A stretch of 45,838 nt of DNA from Chloroflexota bacterium (GTDB lineage: Bacteria > Chloroflexota > DTOL01 > JACQYG01), in the NCBI GenBank assembly GCA_040754915.1, contig JBFMCB010000002.1, positions 1 through 45,838 of the forward strand, in the 5' to 3' direction. Made by a program: the position numbers and the translations under genes. Numbering within the stretch: position 1 is the first letter of the stretch; each line of letters opens with the position of its first letter. The notes beneath the pieces were generated by a model. It was not told the origin of the DNA. It worked only from the letters and a program-made list of their open reading frames with translations, and ran no database searches. This document shows, piece by piece, positions 1 to 8,965 of this stretch.

Positions 1-356
1 GCCAGGCGCCGCTGGCCCAGCGGCGCCGCCTCTTGGACAAACACATCCAGGCCTGTCCTGATTGTCGAACCCTCCTCACCCAACTCGAGGACCCGTTGGA
101 TCTGGCCGAGGCCCTGGCTCCAGCAGCGCTCCGCCCCGAAGTCCAGGACAAGATCCTGGCCACGGTCATCCAGGCCGGCGCGGCGCGCATCCTGGCTGCG
201 CCGACCAAGGGCAAGGCAAGGCACGCTGCCCTGGAAACCCCCGCCAGCGAAGCCCCGGGCCTGCCCCGTTGGCAGTTGCTCCTCTTCATCCTGCTCCTGG
301 CCGCCGTGGCCGCGGTGTACATCGCCCTAGCCTACTACCTTCTGGGGGGCAGTTAG
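1..356 (+). CDS. Zinc-finger (ZAS-type) anti-sigma factor with C-terminal TM helix; 5' end cut by window edge
   Basis: Frame is open from nt 3. It has an H-x3-C-x2-C motif (HIQACPDC), an Ala/Pro-rich linker and one hydrophobic helix ([23 protein letters not shown]). Confidence 0.5.
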   Translation, partial: QAPLAQRRRLLDKHIQACPDCRTLLTQLEDPLDLAEALAPAALRPEVQDKILATVIQAGAARILAAPTKGKARHAALETPASEAPGLPRWQLLLFILLLAAVAAVYIALAYYLLGGS

Positions 357-835
357 CCCACCTGTTCCAGGACGATGGTGCCGCTCTTCCCGCCGCTCTT
401 TCTGACCAGCCGCACCAGCTGGATGGACATGCCCCGATCCACCGCCTTACACATGTCGTAAATGGTCAAGGCGGCCACGCACACCGCCGTGAGCGCTTCC
501 ATCTCGGTGCCGGTCTTGCCGGTGGTCCTGGCCCTGGCCGAGATGTGCACGGTGCCCTCGGCCTCATCCAGATCAAAAGAGAGATCCACCCCGGTCAGGC
601 TCAGTGGGTGGCAGAGCGGGATGAGCTCACTGGTCTTCTTGGCGGCCATGATGCCGGCCAGCTCAGCCACTGCCAACACGTCCCCTTTGGCTAGACGGCC
701 CTCTTTGATCAAGGCCAGGGTGGCGGGTTGCATGGTCACCTGTCCCCGGGCCACAGCCTCTCGAGCGGTGTCGGGCTTGCTGCCCACCTCCACCATCCGA
801 GCCCGTCCCGCGGCGTCGAAGTGCGTTAGCCCCAT
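353..835 (-). CDS. moaC: Cyclic pyranopterin monophosphate synthase MoaC
   Basis: 160 aa with a typical MoaC core ([29 protein letters not shown]). It lies directly downstream of moaA. Confidence 0.9.
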   Translation of the reverse strand: MGLTHFDAAGRARMVEVGSKPDTAREAVARGQVTMQPATLALIKEGRLAKGDVLAVAELAGIMAAKKTSELIPLCHPLSLTGVDLSFDLDEAEGTVHISARARTTGKTGTEMEALTAVCVAALTIYDMCKAVDRGMSIQLVRLVRKSGGKSGTIVLEQVG

Positions 836-848
836 AGGCTTTCTCCCC

Positions 849-1889
849 TCACCCGCCGATCTCGGACATAATGCGACTCCTGGGCACCTGCCGCTGCTGC
901 AGGCGGTGACGTTCTGGTTTGGCCACCACCGCCTGCACGATGAGCCCCTTCAATTCCTCCACGGTGGCCCCCGCTCGCAAGGGTGCCCGCAGGTCGATCT
1001 CGTCTTCTGACAGGAGACAGGGACGCAATCGCCCGTCAGCGGTCAGGCGCAGGCGGTTGCACTGGTAGCAGAAATGCTCGCTCACCGGCGAGATGAACCC
1101 CACCGTGCCCCGGGCACCCGAAAGGCGGTAGTAGCGGGCTGGGCCGTTTCCCCCGACAAGCTTCGCCGGCTCCAGGGGTCCTAGATCAGATTCGATGGTC
1201 TGGACCATCTCCGCCACCGGGACAAAGCCGCCCGGCAGAGCAACATCGGCCGGGTCGCCTGCTCCAGGGGAAGGGGCCAGGCACTCTTCGCCCAGGGGCA
1301 TGAGCTCGATGAACCGCACGTGCCAGTCCTGCACCAGGGTAGTGCCCGCGATGTCTACCACCTCGTCCAGGTTCAGGCCGCGTACCACCACAGTGTTGAT
1401 CTTCAGGGGAGCAAGCCCAGCCTCCTGCGCCGCGGCGATGCCCTGCAACACCGGCTCCAAATCACCGTAGCGGGTGATCTGGCGGAAGCGCTGGGGTCGC
1501 AGGGTATCCAGGCTCACGTTGACCCGCCTCAGACCGGCCCGGGCCAGCTCTCGGGCGTACCGGGAGAGCAGTGCCCCGTTGGTGGTCAGGGCCAGATCGT
1601 CGATGCCTGGTACGTGAGAGAGAGCTCTCACCAGCTCCTCAAGCTGAGGCCGCACCAGGGGCTCGCCGCCGGTGAGGCGCACCTTGCTGATGCCCAGGCT
1701 GGCTGCTGCCCGAACCACCAGGGCGATCTCCTCGTAGCGCAGGATCTCCTCCCGGCTTCTCACGGGGACGCCGTTGGGCGGCATGCAGTAGACACAGCGA
1801 TAGTTGCAGCGGTCGGTGACCGCTACCCGCAGGTAGCTGATGGGGCGGTTATAGGAGTCGTTCAGGCACGAGCGATTGGAAGCATCCAT
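849..1889 (-). CDS. moaA: GTP 3',8-cyclase MoaA (radical SAM)
   Basis: Contains CNYRCVYC (CX3CX2C) near the N-terminus. Length (346 aa) and the C-terminal Cys cluster ([13 protein letters not shown]) fit MoaA. Confidence 0.9.
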   Translation of the reverse strand: MDASNRSCLNDSYNRPISYLRVAVTDRCNYRCVYCMPPNGVPVRSREEILRYEEIALVVRAAASLGISKVRLTGGEPLVRPQLEELVRALSHVPGIDDLALTTNGALLSRYARELARAGLRRVNVSLDTLRPQRFRQITRYGDLEPVLQGIAAAQEAGLAPLKINTVVVRGLNLDEVVDIAGTTLVQDWHVRFIELMPLGEECLAPSPGAGDPADVALPGGFVPVAEMVQTIESDLGPLEPAKLVGGNGPARYYRLSGARGTVGFISPVSEHFCYQCNRLRLTADGRLRPCLLSEDEIDLRAPLRAGATVEELKGLIVQAVVAKPERHRLQQRQVPRSRIMSEIGG

Positions 1890-1922
1890 TTTAATAGACC
1901 TTTGCCAACGGCTAAGATGCCT

Positions 1923-2333
1923 TCAAAGAGCCGCCTGGCGCTTGAAGCAGCCCAACTGGCACTCCACGATGTGATAGCCCAGGCCGGCCACGGCATTGGC
2001 GGCCTCCAACCTGGATATCCCCCGGTCTTGGGCGATACGGAACACGCTGGCGCAGGAGACGTCTCCGCCGGAAGCCAGGTGGCGGATGCGAGAGGAACGG
2101 TCTAAGGGCACCTCCCGCGCCGGGGCCAGGATCTTGCCCCCTCTCCCGCGGCCCGTTTCGTACCCGAAGAGGCCCAGTTGGCACTTCGATATGCGCACCC
2201 CCAGAGCATCGGCGGCCTGTCCGATCTGGAGGGGCTCTACCCCCAACTCCTGGGCCAGCCGGAAGGCCACGGCACAAGGCAGCCGGCCCTCCACCAGGGA
2301 GTCATTGATGCGCGAGACCATCTCCGCGCTCAT
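1923..2333 (-). CDS. Hypothetical small protein with an internal two-fold repeat; first gene of the moa operon
   Basis: Two about 45 aa repeats each carry two Cys (LPCAVAFRLAQELGV...ISKCQLGLF and VSCASVFRIAQDRGI...IVECQLGCF). An AAAGGAG SD sits 7 nt before the ATG. I do not recognise the family. Confidence 0.55.
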   Translation of the reverse strand: MSAEMVSRINDSLVEGRLPCAVAFRLAQELGVEPLQIGQAADALGVRISKCQLGLFGYETGRGRGGKILAPAREVPLDRSSRIRHLASGGDVSCASVFRIAQDRGISRLEAANAVAGLGYHIVECQLGCFKRQAAL

Positions 2334-2593
2334 GCTTGCGCTCCTTTGCTGGTATCAGCGTCACCGCCGGGAGGCCCCAGGGAACGAAAAAGCCAGCACC
2401 CGGGGAGGAAGTGCTGGCCAGGCAAAGGGCCGAAGGCCTGAGCCGGCTTGCCTTCTCCTTTCCAGGGCGGGGGGCACCGGCGTTTCCACCGGCACCGTGG
2501 AGGGGTAACAGATCGTTAACCCTACTGCGGCTATCGACCATAGCTTACGCTTTAGGTCAGATAACTCGGAGAAACAGGCCATTCGATTGTCGC
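2334..2593 (-). promoter_or_regulatory. Long structured 5' leader; candidate molybdenum-cofactor (Moco) riboswitch
   Basis: About 260 nt separate the predicted promoter from the first moa-operon ATG. The leader has a 10 bp helix capped by a GAAA tetraloop (GGUGCCGGUG-GAAA-CGCCGGUGCC). It also has CUCCGAG, CUGGAAAGGAG and GCCUCCCGG...CAAAGGAG elements that resemble my recollection of the Moco motif next to moaA. Not verified against a covariance model. Confidence 0.4.
2387..2419 (-). terminator. Terminator-like hairpin inside the moa leader (possible attenuator)
   Basis: The minus-strand RNA reads GCCAGCAC-(11 nt loop)-GUGCUGGC followed by UUUUU, about 55 nt upstream of the first ATG. Confidence 0.4.
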
Positions 2594-2599
2594 GCGTAG

Positions 2600-2628
2600 A
2601 ATATATCACGAGGGAGCGAGGGAGTCAA
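2600..2628 (-). promoter_or_regulatory. Sigma-70-type promoter for the moa leader/operon
   Basis: Minus strand reads TTGACT, a 17 nt spacer, then TATATT. Confidence 0.5.
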
Positions 2629-2692
2629 GGCGCTGGCTTACTTGCTAGAAAGAAAGAATTGTTCGACGCCATCTTGCGGCAGCCAGGCCGGC

Positions 2693-3208
2693 CTATTTGT
2701 AGCGTTTGACCTCAAAGCGATAGAGTTGCACCGGCTCGTCGGGGCCGATACCAGCCTTGCGGCGGGCGATGTCCACCTGGTATTCCACCGTGTCCACCCC
2801 CTCTAGGTCCGGCAGGAGCAGCCCTTTGCGCCAGCCAGACTGAACGATGACGCCGTAGCGTTTGGGATCCAGGTCGGCATAGCCGGCCACCGGCTCCGGC
2901 TCGGAGAGCACGTCCACCGAGATCTCCAGCTCCTCGAGCTCATCAGGCTGCACCGGGTAGAAGCGGGGATCCTGGGTAGCGGAGCTCACAGCGTTCTGGA
3001 TTATCTCCTGGGCCACGTTCTCCCTGGTGGGCTGAAAAGTGCCGATGCAGCCCCGGAGCTCGCCGTGCTTGTGCAGAGACACAAACACCCCCGCCCGGGC
3101 TCGCATCTCGGGGGTGAGCTCCACCGGCGGGCTGGGCTTCTTCCGGTGGCGCACGTAACCCTCGATGGTGTCTTTAGCCAATTGGACCAAGGGGTGCAAA
3201 TCGGCCAT
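2693..3208 (-). CDS. amrA: AMMECR1-domain protein (AmmeMemoRadiSam system protein A)
   Basis: Contains the LRGCIGTF motif. The 171 aa protein is clustered with Memo-like and radical SAM partners. Confidence 0.85.
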   Translation of the reverse strand: MADLHPLVQLAKDTIEGYVRHRKKPSPPVELTPEMRARAGVFVSLHKHGELRGCIGTFQPTRENVAQEIIQNAVSSATQDPRFYPVQPDELEELEISVDVLSEPEPVAGYADLDPKRYGVIVQSGWRKGLLLPDLEGVDTVEYQVDIARRKAGIGPDEPVQLYRFEVKRYK

Positions 3209-3250
3209 CTTTGCCCTCCTCGTTCAAACCAGTCCTAAAAACCACCCCCG

Positions 3251-4090
3251 CTATGCCGACCTTGTCACCGCCGCCGCGCCGTAGCCGACCACCCGCCAAC
3301 GATCTCCAGTGACATCGCCGGAATTCGCGTACTTCAAAATGGTCACTTTGTCCCCACCCAGGGCCTTGGTGGCCAGCAGTACGGTCGCTATTGGCCCTGC
3401 GCCACAGGCCTCACACTTGCCGGTGGCCACGTCTCGGGCGAAGCCCACCGCATCGTATCTTTCAATATCCTCCAGAGCGCGGCGATCCAGCTTGGTGGCC
3501 CGATCGTAGTCGTAGAAGTGCGAGAGGTCCGAACTGGCCACGAACAACGCGTTGCCTTGACTGAACACCCCCGCCAGCACCTGGGCCAGGCCCTGACAGG
3601 TCTCGATGGACTGGTTCTCCATCATCAAGGGGACCAACTTGAACTCCGAGAGCGTCATCTGCAGGAAAGGCAACTGGATCTCCAGGGAGTGTTCCTGGTC
3701 CTGGCCGATGAAGTCCAGGGTCATCTGTTCGTGGACTCGCTCCACCAGGTCCACGGCCACCTCCACCAGCCCCAGGGGCGTGCGATAATAGCGCTTTTTG
3801 GTAACCAGCACGCCACCGTAGTAGGGGCGGTGGCTGGGGCTCAGGATGATCACGATGGGGTAGCTTTTTCCCTTAAGCAGCTTATAGGAGTAAGCAGCCA
3901 CCTGGCCGGAGTAGACGTACCCGGCATGGGGGGCCACCAGGCCTAATAGTGTGCCCGGGAGCTCCCGATCGGGAACCTTCTCCAGGTAGTCGCCCACCTC
4001 TTTGGCCAGCCGGACCGGATCGCCCGGATACCACGTCCCGGCGATGGCCGATTCCCGAATGTCCTTGGCGTTTATCCTGGCTTCGTTCAT
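3251..4090 (-). CDS. amrB: Memo-like protein (AmmeMemoRadiSam system protein B)
   Basis: Contains AGTWYPG and APHAGYVYSG motifs. I prefer the ATG at 4090, which has a GGAGGT SD, over the TTG at 4165 in the ORF track. Confidence 0.85.
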   Translation of the reverse strand: MNEARINAKDIRESAIAGTWYPGDPVRLAKEVGDYLEKVPDRELPGTLLGLVAPHAGYVYSGQVAAYSYKLLKGKSYPIVIILSPSHRPYYGGVLVTKKRYYRTPLGLVEVAVDLVERVHEQMTLDFIGQDQEHSLEIQLPFLQMTLSEFKLVPLMMENQSIETCQGLAQVLAGVFSQGNALFVASSDLSHFYDYDRATKLDRRALEDIERYDAVGFARDVATGKCEACGAGPIATVLLATKALGGDKVTILKYANSGDVTGDRWRVVGYGAAAVTRSA

Positions 4091-4161
4091 GGCGCACCTC
4101 CTGAGCAGCAAGAGAGCGTTGAATTCAAGGCTCTCAGCGACTGAGGACACAAAGCCCAGGC

Positions 4162-5190
4162 TCAACCCCGGATGTTAAGGTCAGCCCCGCAACGCCGGCA
4201 CCGGCCGGCGTCTAACCCCGGGGCCTGGGTGCGGTAGCCCACCCTTTCGATCACCCGGTTGCCGCAGTTGTAGCAGACCGTGTTCTCTGCTGCGTGGCCG
4301 GGGACATTGCCGGTATAGACGAAGCGCAAGCCGACTTCTTTGCCAATGCGGTAGGCCCGCTCCAGCGTGGAGATAGGCGTGGGCGGCAAATGGCTCATCT
4401 GGGCGTGAGGGTAAAACCGCGTCACGTGCCAGGGGGTTTCCGGGCCCAGGCTCTCCAGGATCCATTTCGCCAGGGCGGTCAACTGAGGCTCGTCGTCGTT
4501 GAGCCCGGGGATCACGTTGGTCACCGCCTCCACGTGCATGTTCCACTTCTTCTTAGCCCGCACGGCGCTTTCCAACACTCCCTGCCACTTGGTCAGTCCC
4601 ATGAGCTTCCGGTGGAACTCGGTCGTGAAGCCCTTGATGTCCACCCGAAACGCATCAAGATAGGGGCCAATGGTGTCCAAGGCCTCGGGGGTGATGAAAC
4701 CGTTGGTGACGTAGACGGTATAGAGGCCCTGGGCCTTGGCCAGTCTGGCGCCATCATAGGTGTACTCGAACCAGATAGTGGGCTCATTGTAGGTCCAGGC
4801 GATGCCAGCACAGCGGTATTTCCTGGTGAGGGCGATGGAGTCCTCGGCGGAGAGGTAGCGCTGGCCGCGGAGAAAAATGCCTTCCTCGGGCTCGCAATGG
4901 GAGATCTCCCAGTTCTGGCAATGCCGGCAATGGAAATTGCATCCCCAGGTGCCCAGGGAGAAGACCTCGGTGCCCGGGAAGAAGTGGAAAAGGGGCTTCT
5001 TCTCGATAGGATCCGCCGCAGCCGAGGAGACCAGACCGTAGATCAGGGTGTACAGGGTGCCCTGCCGGTTCGCCCGGACCTTGCAGACGCCGCGCTTCCC
5101 ATTTGGGATCACGCAGCGGAACTGGCACACCTGGCACCGCACCCGGCCGTCATCCAGCGCGTCCCAGAGCATCGCCTCGTGATCGTGCAT
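4162..5190 (-). CDS. amrS: AmmeMemoRadiSam system radical SAM enzyme
   Basis: Contains CNFHCRHC (CX3CX2C) plus N-terminal and C-terminal Cys clusters (CQVCQFRC, CYNCGN...CRRCG). Confidence 0.85.
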   Translation of the reverse strand: MHDHEAMLWDALDDGRVRCQVCQFRCVIPNGKRGVCKVRANRQGTLYTLIYGLVSSAAADPIEKKPLFHFFPGTEVFSLGTWGCNFHCRHCQNWEISHCEPEEGIFLRGQRYLSAEDSIALTRKYRCAGIAWTYNEPTIWFEYTYDGARLAKAQGLYTVYVTNGFITPEALDTIGPYLDAFRVDIKGFTTEFHRKLMGLTKWQGVLESAVRAKKKWNMHVEAVTNVIPGLNDDEPQLTALAKWILESLGPETPWHVTRFYPHAQMSHLPPTPISTLERAYRIGKEVGLRFVYTGNVPGHAAENTVCYNCGNRVIERVGYRTQAPGLDAGRCRRCGADLNIRG

Positions 5191-5235
5191 GGTTCTTAGC
5201 CCGTCAGACCTATACCTGCTCCAACGATTTATAAC

Positions 5236-5265
5236 ATTGTATCACAACATGGTGAAGATTGGCAA
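5236..5265 (-). promoter_or_regulatory. Candidate promoter for the amrS-amrB-amrA operon
   Basis: Minus strand reads TTGCCA, an 18 nt spacer, then TACAAT. Confidence 0.3.
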
Positions 5266-5284
5266 AACTGACCGGGGAGTACCA

Positions 5285-6430
5285 CTATGAAAGTCTTAGG
5301 AGTTGCCGGGCGATCACCAGCCGCTGGATCTCGGAGGTGCCTTCGCCGATCTCGCATAGGCGTGCGTCGCGCCAGTAGCGTTCCACCGGGTACTCTTTAG
5401 TATAGCCATAGCCGCCGAAGATTTGGATGGCCTTGTTGCAGGCCCGGTCGGCGACCTCGGAGGCGAAGAGCTTGGCCATGGCCGCCTCCTTGGTGAAGCG
5501 GGCACCCTTATCCCTCAGAAAGGCGGCGCGGTACACCATCAGCCGGGCAGCCTCGATTTCGGTGGCCATGTCCGCCAGCATCCACTGGATGGCCTGGAAA
5601 CGGCTGATGGGTTGGCCGAACTGCACCCGCCCCTGGGAGTACTTCAAAGCCGCATCCAGGGCCGCCTGGGCCAGGCCCACCGCCATGGCGCCGATGCCGA
5701 TGCGGCCGCCGTCCAGACACACCAGCGCCTGCCGGAAGCCGTCGTTCTCTCTGCCCAGGAGGTTATGGACCGGCACCCGGCAGTCCTGGAAGAAGAGCTG
5801 GCTGGTGACGGAGGCCCGGAGCCCCAGCTTGTCCTCGTTGCGCCCCGGCGTGAAGCCCGGGGTGTCCTTCTCCACGACGATGGCGCTTATCCCCTTCGTG
5901 CCCTTTCCTTTGTCGGTGACGGCGGTGAGGACCACGGTGCCGGCGATGGCACCGGAGGTGATGAAGGTCTTTTGGCCGTTGATGACCCAATGATCCCCGT
6001 CGCGGATGGCGGTGGTCCTGATCGCCCCGGCATCGGAGCCGGCCTCAGGCTCGGTGAGGCCGAAGGCGCCCAGCATCTCGCCCCGGGCCAGGGGCCTCAG
6101 GTGGCGCTCCTTCTGCTCCTCGGTGCCAAAGAGGTAGATCGGCATGGCTCCCAGGGAGACGTGGGCGGACATGGTGATTCCCAGGGAGCCAGAGGCCCGG
6201 GAGATTTCCTCCACGCCGATGGCGAAGCTCACCGCGTCGCCGCCCGCCCCGCCATATCTCTCCGGAAATGGCAGCCCAAGAAGGCCCAGCTCGGCCATCT
6301 TGCGGATTATCTCCCAGGGGAAGCGCTCGGCCTGGTCGATCTCGCCGGCGACGGGCTCGATCTCCTTCTGGGCGAAATCGTGGACGGTGTCGCGGATGAG
6401 CTGTTGCTCCGGCGTGAGCTCAAAGTCCAT
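5285..6430 (-). CDS. Acyl-CoA dehydrogenase (short/medium-chain type)
   Basis: 381 aa with typical ACAD segments ([53 protein letters not shown]). Confidence 0.9.
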   Translation of the reverse strand: MDFELTPEQQLIRDTVHDFAQKEIEPVAGEIDQAERFPWEIIRKMAELGLLGLPFPERYGGAGGDAVSFAIGVEEISRASGSLGITMSAHVSLGAMPIYLFGTEEQKERHLRPLARGEMLGAFGLTEPEAGSDAGAIRTTAIRDGDHWVINGQKTFITSGAIAGTVVLTAVTDKGKGTKGISAIVVEKDTPGFTPGRNEDKLGLRASVTSQLFFQDCRVPVHNLLGRENDGFRQALVCLDGGRIGIGAMAVGLAQAALDAALKYSQGRVQFGQPISRFQAIQWMLADMATEIEAARLMVYRAAFLRDKGARFTKEAAMAKLFASEVADRACNKAIQIFGGYGYTKEYPVERYWRDARLCEIGEGTSEIQRLVIARQLLRLS

Positions 6431-6449
6431 CGGTACCTCCTCCCTGTGG

Positions 6450-6908
6450 TCACTGCCCCTTCCGCGCCACCAGCACTGTCCACTCGCCTCGCTGGGTCGT
6501 CTCGCCTTTTTGATTCACCAGGGCTGCCTGAAAGACCACGATGCCCGCCTGGTCACCCAGGGGCTTTTTCCTGGCGACTTTCGCCTTCAGGGAGACTGTG
6601 TCGCCCAAGAAGATGGGCTTGGCGAACTTCCACTCCAGGCCCATGAAGGCCAGGGCGGTGCCTTCGATAAAGCCCACCCGTCCGCCCAGGCCCGAGGCGA
6701 CGGCAAGCCCCAGGAGCCCGTGGGCAATGCGGGCACCGAAAGGCGTGGTTTTAGCGAACTCCGCGTCGGTGTGCAGTTGATTGTAGTCCCCGGACAGGGC
6801 GGCGAAGGCCACCACGTCGGCCTCGGTGACGGTGCGGCCGGGGGAGATGTACTCCTCTCCGATCTCAAACTCGTCGAAATAGTGGCCTCGGGACGAAGAT
6901 TCTGTCAT
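6450..6908 (-). CDS. MaoC-like (R)-specific enoyl-CoA hydratase / hot-dog dehydratase
   Basis: Contains [13 protein letters not shown]...FGARIAHG, a typical MaoC dehydratase motif. Confidence 0.85.
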   Translation of the reverse strand: MTESSSRGHYFDEFEIGEEYISPGRTVTEADVVAFAALSGDYNQLHTDAEFAKTTPFGARIAHGLLGLAVASGLGGRVGFIEGTALAFMGLEWKFAKPIFLGDTVSLKAKVARKKPLGDQAGIVVFQAALVNQKGETTQRGEWTVLVARKGQ

Positions 6909-6983
6909 TGACCTCTCCTCAACACTAAATCCAGGTCGGGGGCGATGTCCGCCCCACCGCTGCTATCGGATTCTTTATTAGCA

Positions 6984-7427
6984 TCACACCGGCACGAAAT
7001 AGACGTCATTGGCGTTCCACTCCACCAGGCGCTTAAAGCGAGCCTTCACCGGCATGCCGATCACGATGTCCTCGGGCTTTACCCCCACCAGTCTGGACAA
7101 GAAGACCGTGTCGATGCCCGGGAACTCCACGTACACGAGGATAAAGGGCAGGTCGTTCAAGAAGGCCTCGCCAGCGAAATGCAGCACGGAGTAGGTGTGG
7201 ACCTTACCCTCAGTGGGTGCCTCGAACCAGTGACATTTGGCCCCGCACCTGCCGCAATCCCGCCGGGGCGGGAGCCAGGTGGCACCGCAACTGGGACAAC
7301 GGCTGGCGTAGAGCTTTTGCTCTTTCAGGCCCAGGAAAAACTGGCTCACCTCGCCGTAGCTGTGAATGTACTCGATGCGGTAGGGCCGCCCGATCATCAG
7401 GGGCTTAAAAGAATATACGTCGGTCAC
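6984..7427 (-). CDS. Zn-ribbon/OB-fold DUF35 protein (thiolase partner)
   Basis: Has a CPSCG...CGRCG zinc ribbon followed by an OB-like C-terminus. It lies immediately downstream of a thiolase-like gene. Confidence 0.8.
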   Translation of the reverse strand: MTDVYSFKPLMIGRPYRIEYIHSYGEVSQFFLGLKEQKLYASRCPSCGATWLPPRRDCGRCGAKCHWFEAPTEGKVHTYSVLHFAGEAFLNDLPFILVYVEFPGIDTVFLSRLVGVKPEDIVIGMPVKARFKRLVEWNANDVYFVPV

Positions 7428-7433
7428 CTTGGC

Positions 7434-8690
7434 TCACCATCCTCTCTCCAAGATGTGCACTGTGATGTAGGTGCCGGTCCCGGCGTGGCTGTGGATCAGC
7501 CCACGGCGGGCGTCCTTGACCTGCAGCCGATCGCTCTTCATATGGTCCTGAATCGTCTCCTGCAACTGCCACAGGGCGAAGACCGCCTGCATGATCCCGG
7601 TGGCGCCCACCGGGTGGCCGCAGGCGATGAGCCCGCCGGAGGGGTTCACCGGGAGCTCGCCGTCCAGGAAAGGCGCCCCGGAGTCCACGAACTTGCCACC
7701 ATCCCCGTACTTGCAAAAGCCCATGTCCTCGTAGGTCTGAAGCTCGCTGGAGGCGTAGGCATCGTGGACCTCGGCGAAGTCGATCTGATGCAGGGGATCA
7801 GTGATGCCGGCCTGCAGGTAGGCCTGGCGAGCCGCCTCCCGCCCGCCCCGGAAGCTGGCCGCCCCCGGCCATTTGCCTTTCAAGTAGGCGTACTTCTCGG
7901 GCTCCTCACCGGGCAGGAGGATGACGTCGCCCCGGGGCCGGTCACCCAGGCGCATGGTATCGGTCCCACACCCCAGACCGGTGATGTACACCGGGCGCCT
8001 GGTGATCTGCTTGGCCTTCTCCTCGCTGGCCAGGATCACGCAGGCCGCACCGTCGGACATCACGCACACCATAGGGCGGGTGATGGGGGTGGCGATCATG
8101 GGGGCGTTCAATACGTCCTGGACGGTGAGGCGCTCGTGCTTCTGAGCGTAGGGGTTGTAGAAGGCATTTTCGTAGTTCTTGACGGCGATGCGGGCGAACT
8201 GCTCGGCGGTGGTGCCGAACTCGTGCATGTGCCGTTGGGCCATGGTGGCGTAGTAGCCGGAGTAGAAGCCGCCCACCGGAAAGTCGAAATCGGTATCCGA
8301 GGCCAGGGCGATGAACTCGTTCCCTTTGGCGGTGCTGACCTCAGACATCTTCTCGAAACCGTAGACCAGGCACACGTCAGAGAGGCCGGAGGCCACGTTC
8401 ATATAGCCGGCCCGGATGCCCAACCCGCCGGTAGCGCCGCCCCCCTCGATGCGCATGCTGGGCTTGGGGCAGAGGCCCAGGTAGTCCTGGGTCAGGGAAT
8501 CGAAGAGGAGCTGGCCGTTGAAGTGATCGGAGAAGTAGGTGCAGATGGAGGAGTCGATGTCCTTGAGCTCCAGCCCGGCGTCGGCCAGGGCCTGGTCGAA
8601 GGCATCCTTGCACATCGCCTCCTGGGTGAGCTCGGGATTGGCCTTGGCGAACTTGGTGATCCCGCCGGAGATCACGCAGACTCTGCGCAT
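7434..8690 (-). CDS. Thiolase-like (SCP-x / nonspecific lipid-transfer type) acetyltransferase
   Basis: Shows thiolase-fold features (VCVMSDGAAC, GGLIACGHPVGATG). I prefer the ATG at 8690, which has a GAGGAGG SD. The 58-codon upstream extension in the ORF track looks non-coding. Confidence 0.85.
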   Translation of the reverse strand: MRRVCVISGGITKFAKANPELTQEAMCKDAFDQALADAGLELKDIDSSICTYFSDHFNGQLLFDSLTQDYLGLCPKPSMRIEGGGATGGLGIRAGYMNVASGLSDVCLVYGFEKMSEVSTAKGNEFIALASDTDFDFPVGGFYSGYYATMAQRHMHEFGTTAEQFARIAVKNYENAFYNPYAQKHERLTVQDVLNAPMIATPITRPMVCVMSDGAACVILASEEKAKQITRRPVYITGLGCGTDTMRLGDRPRGDVILLPGEEPEKYAYLKGKWPGAASFRGGREAARQAYLQAGITDPLHQIDFAEVHDAYASSELQTYEDMGFCKYGDGGKFVDSGAPFLDGELPVNPSGGLIACGHPVGATGIMQAVFALWQLQETIQDHMKSDRLQVKDARRGLIHSHAGTGTYITVHILERGW

Positions 8691-8730
8691 GAAGCAAACC
8701 TCCTCGTTGATTCTCTGCCGGTGGGGACAA

Positions 8731-8750
8731 ATTCTTTTCAAGTAAAGAAA
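8731..8750. repeat. AT-rich palindrome family, copy H (ATTCTTTTCAAGTAAAGAAA)
   Basis: Matches the family consensus at 17 of 20 positions. It lies in the divergent intergenic region, 41 nt upstream of the thiolase ATG. Confidence 0.45.
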
Positions 8751-8835
8751 AATCACCCCCAGCTTTGGTGAGAAATTCCTGCCTATTTTAGCATGAAGCC
8801 AGGGCAAGTCAAGGGAGACTGCCGAGGCCGTCAGC

Positions 8836-8864
8836 TTGTCCCCTGGCCGCGCTTGTGGTATCAT
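8836..8864 (+). promoter_or_regulatory. Candidate extended -10 promoter for the coiled-coil/Wzz/BY-kinase genes
   Basis: Reads TTGTCC, a 17 nt spacer ending in TGg, then TATCAT. Confidence 0.35.
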
Positions 8865-8965
8865 TGGCTAGCCTGCTTCTCCACCGCCCCTAGCTCAACT
8901 CAGGGACGCTTACGGTGAGGCCCTTTAGCTCCTCCCCACCCAGCTCATAAAGAGGAAGGCCGAAT

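Noticed and set aside
5423-6646. 407 aa plus-strand ORF (and the 188 aa ORF at 5427) antisense to the acyl-CoA dehydrogenase
   Set aside because: Low-complexity, GC-driven open frame. The minus strand encodes a full-length ACAD with canonical motifs.
6945-8771. 608 aa plus-strand ORF antisense to the thiolase and DUF35 genes
   Set aside because: Its composition is dominated by Gly/Ala/Pro/Arg/His/Leu, typical of antisense frames in GC-rich DNA, and it has no recognisable motifs. The opposite strand encodes clear thiolase and DUF35 proteins.
8691-8864. N-terminal extensions in the ORF track (thiolase to 8864, Memo-like to 4165, SpeE-like to 33536, YeiH-like to 45734, cysteine synthase to 44590)
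   Set aside because: Each extension lacks an SD, has atypical composition or overlaps the upstream gene. An internal ATG preceded by a strong GGAGG-type SD coincides with the start of the conserved domain.
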